Part shown: positions 56,799-64,000 of the stretch, one piece after another
How positions within the stretch are numbered: the first letter of the stretch is position 1
How the letters are laid out: each line of letters opens with the position of its first letter
Source: Kiritimatiellia bacterium
GTDB lineage: Bacteria; Verrucomicrobiota; Kiritimatiellia; B70-G9
Reading direction: 5' to 3'
Assembly: GCA_029934055.1 (NCBI GenBank)
Contig: JAOZMZ010000001.1
Span: forward strand, 7,704 to 71,703
Length of the DNA: 64,000 nt
Notes under the pieces: model-generated
What the model was told of the DNA's origin: nothing
Databases searched by the model: none
The model's input: only the letters and a program-made list of their open reading frames with translations
Translations under genes and position numbers: made by a program

Positions 56799-58526
56799 TT
56801 ATGGCAGTTTGGCTCGAAAGCGGTATATACGGAGATTCGTGGACTCGATGTCTTCGAGTGACAGGATGGCGCCGTTGCTGGCGATATTGTCGCGGATCAC
56901 CGTCCAGGGGCCTCCGGCATTGATGTTGGTACATCCCTCGAGCGCGTAGAAGCGGTACTGCGAGCTGGGCAGACTGACGACGACGTTGGAAGTCCGTTCG
57001 ATGCCGCTGAAGTGTGGGTGATCGCTTGCATTCGTGGGACTGGTGTCGGCCGCAAACTCCCCGTAGTTGGAGACGCCGTCGCCGTCGCTGTCGGCATCGG
57101 GAACCGCACCGGCATAACTGCCGAAGTACTCCACTTCGAAGCCGTCGCCCAATCCGTCTCCGTCGGAATCGAGGAAGATCCAGTGACTGAATTCCGAGGT
57201 GTCCGGGGAGATCCCGTCGTTGCGCGTGGCGGTGGCGCTGAGGTAATTGGGCGGCGTTCCGCTGAAAGCGCAGTCATTGGTGAAAGCCGCCGACCCCCGG
57301 CGTCCGTGGTGGTGTAGAAGTACGTCAATCGTCGTTCCCCTTCGCCGTAGCCGCTGGTATCACCGCCGCGGCTGCCGAAGATTTCGATGCGGAACTGGGT
57401 TGAAGGCAGGCTGTCCAGCGTGCCGCTGAAATAGATACGCGTGCCGTCGCTGGTGGCGGAATTGAGCACCGGGTAGTTCTGCTGATTGTTGGATCCGGTA
57501 TCCGCATCGCCGGCATCGTTGGCGGTCGGCGTGCCGTTGTTGAATGAAATGCCCAGGCTGCCGTTGTCGTAGATGCGGTTGTCACTGATGCTGTTGCCGG
57601 TTCCGGCGAAGAACAGGTTGATCCCGCAGCCGCCGTTTCCGGCGATATAGTTGGGGTGGTTGATAGCGCCGATGGTGTTGCTGGCCTCCTGAGAAATATA
57701 GATTCCGTAGCTGGCATCGTTGGTGTTTTCGGCGGCGCCCGTGCCCGAGGGGTCCAGCCCGATCCAGTTGCCGATCACCATGTTGTTGGTAGCGGCGATG
57801 TAGACCGCCGTCTGGTGCCCGGCGAACAGGTTCCGCATGGAGGCCCCCGTACCGCCGATCGTGTTTTCTGACCCGGCGAAGATTTCCACGCCGTTACGGT
57901 TTCCGCCGACCTCGCCCGATGGGTAAAGTCCGATGTAGTTGCCGCTGACCGAGTTTCCCGAGCTGTTGGTACCGTCGATGTAGGTCGCGGTGCCGCAGTA
58001 GAGGAAGACGTTACGGTAGTCAGCCCCGCCGCCGATGGTGTTGGACGGCGAGTTGTGGAGGTAGATTCCGACATTATTGCTCACGAACCAGCAGTTTTCC
58101 ACCCGGCTGTCTCCGCCGTACAGGAAGAGGACACCGCCGCCACTATCGGAAAAACGGATTCCCTTGACCAGGTTGCTGGCGCAATCGTCGAAGTAGAGCG
58201 ATTCCGTTGAACTGGTGCGGCTGATGACCACCACGGGCTGCCCCGTGTAGCCGGGCTGCGTGGTCCCATCCATCTCGAGGGGATCGGTGATCGAAATGCG
58301 ATTGGTCAGCGGAATGGTGTAGGGAGAGGGGAGGGAAAACACCACCCGATCCCGGCCGGGGTTGGTATTGGAACATTCGACCGCCCAGCGCAGCGTCCCC
58401 GTCGAACCGTTGTCGAGAGTACTGATAACGGTAAACTCGGCGGCACCTGCCGGACGAGCTGATATTACGCAAATACAAGCAGCAACGGGATCAATGGTAC
58501 ACCGGCGCGAAACGTCACCCCTCACA
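56799..58526 (-). pseudogene. Secreted right-handed parallel beta-helix (PbH1) repeat protein, interrupted by a frameshift at a C5/G5 tract
   Basis: Upstream frame: signal peptide (GTG 58526, strong GAAGGAAGGGGG RBS), then NxxIGG/NxIxxN-type repeats. That frame degenerates after ...YFYTTTDAGG. The frame ending at 56799 continues sensibly (SAAFTNDCAFSGTPPNY...DSDGDGLGDGFEVEYFG...RIYRFRAKLP). The junction is at CCCCC, 57294-57298. Confidence 0.65.
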
Positions 58527-58706
58527 TGATGAGTCCCCCTTCCTTCATGGGATTCTTCTCTGACCGTTCTATTTGATTGGTGAAAAAAGCAGTAATTCGT
58601 ATTTCCGGTCAACCGTTTCCACAGTGAAGAGACATATAGAACTTGCAAGAAGTTTCTTGTCAAGCCGGCGGCTGTAAGCCGGGCTATGTCGGGCGGAAAA
58701 GTCTGT

Positions 58707-59309
58707 TTACCGGTCGAACGCTTCGTCGGGCCGGTAAGGCTCTTCTCTGATGAGGTGACTGACCAGTAGTTTCAGGAAGAAGAACGGCAGGAACCATTCC
58801 AGTCCGACGGTGGGAGAGAGTACATAGTAGTTCAGAAGAAGCGCAAGGGAGTAAAGCAGGAGGCCGACGGGGCGCTGAAGATACAGGGGCGTCCGCAGTA
58901 TTATTATCGCAGCGGAAAGCAGGTAGAGAGAGGCGGTCCAGAAGAAAACCCAGTCCAAAGAACGGAAGAGCCAGGCGACGACGAAGATGTGGAGCACGTG
59001 ACTCATTGTGAATGCGAGATGCCGGCTGAAACTTTGGCCTTGGCGGTGATACCAGCGTTTAGCCGCAGAGGTGGCGTTGGTGATGATTCCCCCGGTAAGA
59101 TCAAACGCCAGCAGCGCGGCAACGATTGACTGAAGAGGAGTCCAGCTGATATGCCTCATGCTGGTCAGGGCCGGGGCGGCGATAGCCGCCAGCAGCGGAG
59201 GCACAAGCTGGAGCAGCAACTCCGAGCGGGTGACGCCCGGCCCGATAAACTTATCGAGCAGGCCTTTGACTCCCTTGCGGGGTGGTGGATAGTTCCAGTC
59301 GATTTTCAT
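58707..59309 (-). CDS. Hypothetical polytopic membrane protein
   Basis: 200 aa with 5-6 hydrophobic helices. No family recognised. Confidence 0.5.
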   Translation of the reverse strand: MKIDWNYPPPRKGVKGLLDKFIGPGVTRSELLLQLVPPLLAAIAAPALTSMRHISWTPLQSIVAALLAFDLTGGIITNATSAAKRWYHRQGQSFSRHLAFTMSHVLHIFVVAWLFRSLDWVFFWTASLYLLSAAIIILRTPLYLQRPVGLLLYSLALLLNYYVLSPTVGLEWFLPFFFLKLLVSHLIREEPYRPDEAFDR

Positions 59310-59569
59310 AGGCGTTCCCTGCCCCAGCGAGGGAAGGGTCGTCAGCCGTCACCGTTTTTTTCGCGCCGATGCAGTTAGGCTAGTGCGCTATCGCTGGATT
59401 TGCAACAGTCCTTCCGGCGCCGGATGCAGCGCGGGCAGTCTTCCGGAGCGTTTGGCTGCCCGGAGTGTAGGAGCACCCGCGGTGCGACGGGTTGTGGCGA
59501 ATCGTGGGGAACGATTCGGTCCACATCAAGGCCGGACCGTCCCGATCACGCCCGGGTTCGTTCGCCGCG

Positions 59570-60784
59570 TTATCTCTTTTTGACGGAGTAGCCGTGAAAG
59601 CGTGCCATGCGCGGGAGGGGACCGAGGATGGGGCGGGCGTAGTTGATAAAGGCGGCGGTGACATTGTTGCCTTTGCGGTTGATGAAGTTGTCGGGCATAT
59701 GGCGAGTTTCGCGGGCCACGTTGGCGAGAGGAACGAGCTCGTAGTAGATGCTGTAACGTTTACCGCGCCGCCGCTTGATGGCGATGCTGCCGTCGAGGTC
59801 CCCCTTGACGGCGTAGCGAACGGCCAGGCGACCCACCTGGCGGGCTTCACGGGCATCCACCGGGGAGACGACTCCCGGAAAGGATCGTTGCAGATAGCCG
59901 AAGGTGTCGGCGCGCACGCGTTTGATATCCGTCTTCTGACGGATGATGTTGGCCAGAAGGTCCCCAAGGGCTCCGGTTCCACTGAGCTGGACGTTGCCGT
60001 GCGAATCGACTTCGGTGGTATAGGCGGCGGCGATGGGGGTTCCATCCTTGTCGGTGATTCCCTCCGAGACGGCGACGACGCAACGGCCGTAGCGACGGTA
60101 TACATTGCGCACGTCATCGGCGAACTGTTCGATGTGGAACGGACGTTCGGGTAGGTAAATGAGGTGGGGTCCGTCGTCCGGGTATTGGCGGGCGAGCGCG
60201 GAGGATGCCGTCAGGAAGCCGGCATGGCGTCCCATGACGACGTTGATCTTCACACCGGGCAGGGCGCGGTTGTCGAGGTTGTCACCCATGAAAGCCATGG
60301 CGACGAAGCGGGCGCCGCTGCCGAAGCCGGGAGTATGGTCGTTTTCGCGCAAGTCGTTGTCGATGGTCTTGGGGATATGGAAGCAGCGCAGTTCGTAGCC
60401 GGCCTTCTGGGCCTCGGAATTCACGATGAAGGCGGTTTCGGCCGAATCGTTCCCGCCGATATAGAAGAAGTAACGTACGTCATACTGTTGCATGATTTCG
60501 AAAAGCCGCAGGCAGTCTTCGTGGGTGGGTTTCTTGCGCACGGATCCGAGGGCGGAGGAGGGCGTCGCGGCGACGGCCTCGAGGGTTGTCTGGCGTTCAC
60601 GTGAAAGATCAACGAAATCGGCATCCAGGATTCCCTGGATACCGTGACGTGCTCCGAGGACGCCGGTTATCTGGGGGTGTTTGCGGGCCTCCTCGACGGC
60701 GCCGATGAGGCTTTGATTGATGACCATCGTCGGCCCGCCGCTTTGGGCGATCAACATGTTTCCTTTCAACTTGGCGGCTGCCAT
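59570..60784 (-). CDS. pfp: 6-phosphofructokinase family, probably PPi-dependent (pfp type)
   Basis: IAQSGGPTMVINQS, FFYIGGNDS, IPKTIDNDL, MGRHAGFL. About 400-aa single-domain form. GGNDS rather than the GGDGS of ATP-dependent enzymes. Confidence 0.75.
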   Translation of the reverse strand: MAAAKLKGNMLIAQSGGPTMVINQSLIGAVEEARKHPQITGVLGARHGIQGILDADFVDLSRERQTTLEAVAATPSSALGSVRKKPTHEDCLRLFEIMQQYDVRYFFYIGGNDSAETAFIVNSEAQKAGYELRCFHIPKTIDNDLRENDHTPGFGSGARFVAMAFMGDNLDNRALPGVKINVVMGRHAGFLTASSALARQYPDDGPHLIYLPERPFHIEQFADDVRNVYRRYGRCVVAVSEGITDKDGTPIAAAYTTEVDSHGNVQLSGTGALGDLLANIIRQKTDIKRVRADTFGYLQRSFPGVVSPVDAREARQVGRLAVRYAVKGDLDGSIAIKRRRGKRYSIYYELVPLANVARETRHMPDNFINRKGNNVTAAFINYARPILGPLPRMARFHGYSVKKR

Positions 60785-60880
60785 GAGTGCATCTCCTTAC
60801 TTCGGGTGTATTGCGGTTACGAGTAACGGGAGAGCTCTTTTAAAGGTGTTGCGCGGGAAATGCAAGCCAAGACAGTGTTT

Positions 60881-61999
60881 CTAACGGCCGCGTACGGCCA
60901 GTGACGCCTGTACCGAGCCGACATAATCGAGGATGCCGTGGGCGATGCCGAGGGCGATTCTCGAGCGGAATGTTTGTGTGTTCAGACGGCTTTCCTCGAC
61001 GCGGTTGGAAAGATACCCGCATTCAACGAGTGCCGCGGGACACGGGGCCTCCCTGAGAACCAGGAAGCGTGCGCGGCGCAACCCCCTGTCGCCGCCGCCG
61101 GACTGGGCCACGAGGTTGCGTTGCAGGCAGTATCCCAGGATCGTGTTGGCGCCGTCCCACCGGTTGCCGGGATACCCGGCGGAACGGGTGCGCAGCGACC
61201 GGCCGGCATTGGTCGGGGGAAATCCGGCGCCGGCCAGCACGTAGGTTTCCACACCGTGGGCGCCGGGCTTGGTGCTGGCATTGGCATGGATACTTACGAA
61301 CAGGTCGGCCTTCCAGCGCGCGGCGCGGCGGCAGCGGTCACTGAGAGGGATGAAGCGGTCGCCTTCCCGTGTGAGGTAGACTTTCAGACCGGCGTTGGCG
61401 AGGATCAGGCGGGTGCGTCTGGCAATATCGAGGACGACGCGTTTCTCCTCTACGCCGCGCCGTCCGCGTGCTCCCCGGTCGCGGCCGCCGTGGCCGGGGT
61501 CGAGGACGACGACGCGGTAGCCACAACCCGTCAGATGGCGGCTGCGGCGCAGAAGCGGGTCGAGGACTCCGTCGGCGTCGCGGGTGGCCAGTGACCATCC
61601 TGACACGCGACGGACGACGGGGGCGTGGAGCCACACCATGGTGTGGTTGAAATAGATGCGGCGGCTGTCGCCGAGGAAACGAATCGTGGTCCACTTGCTT
61701 TGCAGTTCTACGTTGCGGCGGCCGATACTGTGCAGGCGCAGCCCGTAACGGCGGGCCACCCGGCGCAGAGAGATGTATTCATACTTGGCGGCGGATCCGG
61801 CCGTTGATGTGCGGGGGCTGCAGAGCAGCAACGGGGCGGCGAGGAGCAACGCTGTAGAGACGAGGGCCGGGACGGGGGTACGCACTGTGGCAGGTGAGGC
61901 GGCGGTCTCGTGTCGCCGGGAGGATATTTTGGAGGAGGGGAAGGTGTGCCGTCTTTTCACGTGTGTTTTCTTGGTTGGATCTGAAATTTTCCGAGTCAT
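60881..61999 (-). CDS. N-acetylmuramoyl-L-alanine amidase (Amidase_3, AmiC-like)
   Basis: VVLDPGHGGRDRGA, FVSIHANA, LVECGYLSN. N-terminal signal/TM plus an extra N-terminal domain. Confidence 0.8.
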   Translation of the reverse strand: MTRKISDPTKKTHVKRRHTFPSSKISSRRHETAASPATVRTPVPALVSTALLLAAPLLLCSPRTSTAGSAAKYEYISLRRVARRYGLRLHSIGRRNVELQSKWTTIRFLGDSRRIYFNHTMVWLHAPVVRRVSGWSLATRDADGVLDPLLRRSRHLTGCGYRVVVLDPGHGGRDRGARGRRGVEEKRVVLDIARRTRLILANAGLKVYLTREGDRFIPLSDRCRRAARWKADLFVSIHANASTKPGAHGVETYVLAGAGFPPTNAGRSLRTRSAGYPGNRWDGANTILGYCLQRNLVAQSGGGDRGLRRARFLVLREAPCPAALVECGYLSNRVEESRLNTQTFRSRIALGIAHGILDYVGSVQASLAVRGR

Positions 62000-62244
62000 A
62001 CTTTTTCAATCCGTGACGAATCGGAACCCGGGCGACTTTTGGGCCGCTTCGGTCCGGCCCAGTGGGTACGGCATGAATCCGGACCCCCTGTTGCCGGGAA
62101 GCGCCGAGAGTACGATACGGGCGGCCGGTGCGGCGAGAAAAAAACGGGGCGAGGCGGATTCTCATTGCATTTGGTGGAGTGCAGGCGTATTTCGTACTTA
62201 TCATATCGCCTCGTGAACGCGGCCGAGGTCATGCCGGAGATGAG

Positions 62245-63621
62245 ATGGCGGAACTGAAGATAGAGGAGGCTTCGCGCAAGGTGCGCGAGCTTTTCGACAA
62301 GGGATTCGCGGCCATGGAGCGCGGCAACCTGGACTATGCCATCGAAATGCTGCTGGCATGTCTCGATCTTGAGCCGCGGCTTCTGCAGGCGCGCAAGTAC
62401 CTGCGCGCTTCGGAAATCCAAAAAAGGCGCAAGGCGGGCCGGAATCCGCTGGTGCCGCTGGTGGCCTTTCTGCGCGGCTTGCCGCTCTACGTCAGTGCAC
62501 TGCTGACGGTCGGGAAAGATGCTTCGCGCGCGTTGAAGACGGCCGAGCGCTTGATGAGGCTGGATCCTCTCAACATGATGTATATCCGTCTTTTGGCGCG
62601 GGCGGCGGAGGCAGCCGGCATGCCGGAAGTGGCCGTTCAGACGCTGGAAGTGGCGCGCGAGATACAGCCCCAAAGGGCGGACGTTCTGGCGTGGCTGGGA
62701 AACCTGTACCTGGAGATGGGCGAGGGCCGGAAGGCCCAGGAATGCTTCGAACGGCTGGTGGACCTGCGCCCCAACGATCCCCAGGCGATCAAGCAACTCA
62801 AGGACGCGACGGCACTGAGCACCATGCAGAAGGGTGGTTGGGATGCGGCCTCGTCGTATCGCGACGTGATCAAGGACGTGCGCCAAGCTCACCGGCTGGA
62901 ACAGGAATCCAAAGCCGTGAAAACGAGCCGTGACATCAAGGACCTGATCGAGGAAATGCGGGCGCGCATCCAGCGCGAGCCGGACAACGTCAACCACCGC
63001 ATAGCCCTGGCGGAACTGATGGCGCGGGCGGAGCGTTACGACGAGGCCCTGGAAGTGCTCTCCGAGGCACAACAGGGCAGTGGAGGTGCGGACCCACAGG
63101 TCGATCAGATGATCGCCGACATCCGTATCAAGCAGATGGACATGGAAATAGCACGTCTGCGTGAGGCGGGGGACGAGGACGGCGCGCGCCGCCGGGAAAA
63201 GGAGAGGGACGCGTTTGTCCTGGAAGACGCTCAGGAGCGCGTGAAGCGTTATCCCAACGATTTGCGGCTCAGGTACCGTCTCGGGGTGTTGCTTTTCGAG
63301 CACGGCGACTTGAACGGGGCCATTCAGCAGTTTCAGTTGTCGCAGCGCAATCCACAGCATCGGCTGCGTTCCCTGTATTACCTGGCACTCTGTTTCAAGG
63401 GCAAGAAGCAGTACGATATCGCCATGGAGCAGCTCGAGAAGGCGGCATCCGAGGTGCATACCATGGACGAGACCCGCAAGGACATCCTCTACGAGCTCGG
63501 GACCCTGGCCGAGCTGACGGGGGACAAGGAAAAGGCGGCTGCATACTTCAAGGAAATCTATGCGGTTGATATCGGGTACAAAGATGTGGCCGAGAAGATT
63601 GACAAGGTCTACGGCCGATAA
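62245..63621 (+). CDS. Tetratricopeptide-repeat protein
   Basis: 458 aa from the ATG at 62245. Multiple 34-residue TPR-like units (e.g. GNLDYAIEMLLACLDLEPRLLQA; GEGRKAQECFERLVDLRPNDPQA; KQYDIAMEQLEKA). Confidence 0.7.
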   Translation: MAELKIEEASRKVRELFDKGFAAMERGNLDYAIEMLLACLDLEPRLLQARKYLRASEIQKRRKAGRNPLVPLVAFLRGLPLYVSALLTVGKDASRALKTAERLMRLDPLNMMYIRLLARAAEAAGMPEVAVQTLEVAREIQPQRADVLAWLGNLYLEMGEGRKAQECFERLVDLRPNDPQAIKQLKDATALSTMQKGGWDAASSYRDVIKDVRQAHRLEQESKAVKTSRDIKDLIEEMRARIQREPDNVNHRIALAELMARAERYDEALEVLSEAQQGSGGADPQVDQMIADIRIKQMDMEIARLREAGDEDGARRREKERDAFVLEDAQERVKRYPNDLRLRYRLGVLLFEHGDLNGAIQQFQLSQRNPQHRLRSLYYLALCFKGKKQYDIAMEQLEKAASEVHTMDETRKDILYELGTLAELTGDKEKAAAYFKEIYAVDIGYKDVAEKIDKVYGR

Positions 63622-63637
63622 AACAACCGCGGGCCGC

Positions 63638-64000
63638 ATGCTTGTCATCGCCTTGGCTGCGGCCGGCATACTCTCAACGATGCTTCCCACGGCCGGGTGC
63701 CGGCGCGGCGCACAGGAGGAACCGGCTTCGCCGATCTGCGCCGTCCCCTCCAAGGACGAATTCTCGGTGATGACGTACAACCTGTACGCCTATGGTCTCG
63801 AGGACCGCGACGGCGACGGACAGGCGGATGATCCCAAGCCCCGCCTGGAGCGGGACGCCGTTCTGGATCTCATAGCACGGGCCAATCCGGACGTGCTGGC
63901 GGTCGAGGAGATCGGCGGCCCGGCAATTTTCGAACAATTTCGTTACGCGCTGAAGGAACGCGGCCTGGACTATTCGCAGGTGGAGTATCTGCAGAGGGGA
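63638..64000 (+). CDS. Endonuclease/exonuclease/phosphatase (EEP)-family lipoprotein, 3'-truncated by the window edge
   Basis: Not in the ORF track because there is no stop before the window end. MLVIALAAAGILSTMLPTAGC is a lipobox-like signal. FSVMTYNLYAYG and DVLAVEEIGG are typical EEP N-terminal motifs. Confidence 0.55.
   Translation, partial: MLVIALAAAGILSTMLPTAGCRRGAQEEPASPICAVPSKDEFSVMTYNLYAYGLEDRDGDGQADDPKPRLERDAVLDLIARANPDVLAVEEIGGPAIFEQFRYALKERGLDYSQVEYLQRG

Noticed and set aside
58646-58663. Palindrome CAAGAA-GT-TTCTTG overlapping a TTGACA (minus strand) upstream of the beta-helix gene.
   Set aside because: The matching -10 (TCTATA/TATATG) is weak and the 6-bp palindrome is short. 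It is plausible as a promoter or operator but too weakly supported to call.
61996-63780. 594-aa ORF antisense to the TPR gene. Similar long antisense ORFs are at 45630-46922, 29179-30507, 25126-26271, 43309-44433, 37343-38431, 26499-27554 and 23591-24616.
   Set aside because: Each lies opposite a gene with clear family motifs (TPR, thiD/E, mutS, argG, glgP, rmd-like, lysA, argB/argD). Their translations are R/P/G/H-rich with no domain signatures.

Overview
Visibly GC-rich, densely packed bacterial chromosomal segment with about 60 protein genes. Most are housekeeping or cell-envelope genes. I recognised no rRNA, tRNA, CRISPR array, transposase, integrase or prophage genes.

Main blocks:
- A 5'-truncated secretin (gspD), with gspE-gspF-gspG about 31 kb away.
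- A minus-strand operon encoding the lower mevalonate pathway (HMG-CoA reductase, type-2 IPP isomerase, two GHMP kinases, diphosphomevalonate decarboxylase). It is preceded by an RHH protein and a single-domain response regulator.
- A Memo-AMMECR1 fusion protein behind a second RHH gene.
- Two carbamoyltransferases (argF-like, pyrB-like).
- rplM-rpsI.
- argJ-argB-argD-argG-lysA.
- mutS and rsmB.
- A GDP-deoxyhexose cluster (gmd, rmd-like), plus ugd and glgP.
- thiC-thiD/E behind a clear TPP riboswitch.
- A zinc-uptake operon (ZnuABC-like plus a ZIP transporter).
- pfp, an amidase, and several secreted or anchored proteins.

Some of the gene content reminds me of PVC-superphylum genomes: a GspG-type pseudopilin, a PEP-CTERM-like anchor, DxDxDG repeats, and C-terminal modules ending in FYRV. 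That is an impression, not a search result.

No obvious defence or mobile system is present. The observations most worth a second look are:
1. An orphan promoter / double-hairpin / terminator unit with a poly-C loop directly upstream of rsmB (candidate sRNA or attenuator).
2. A 779-aa secreted protein made of three tandem copies of an uncharacterised domain, with a C-terminal module shared with a second secreted protein.
3. A C5-tract frameshift in that second (beta-helix) protein.
4. The regulator-linked mevalonate operon with a divergent class-I-like HMG-CoA reductase.
5. Divergent, apparently leaderless RHH genes, one heading a signal-peptide-bearing Memo-AMMECR1 fusion.

Everything here comes from reading the sequence and the ORF track. 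No searches, folds or statistics were run.
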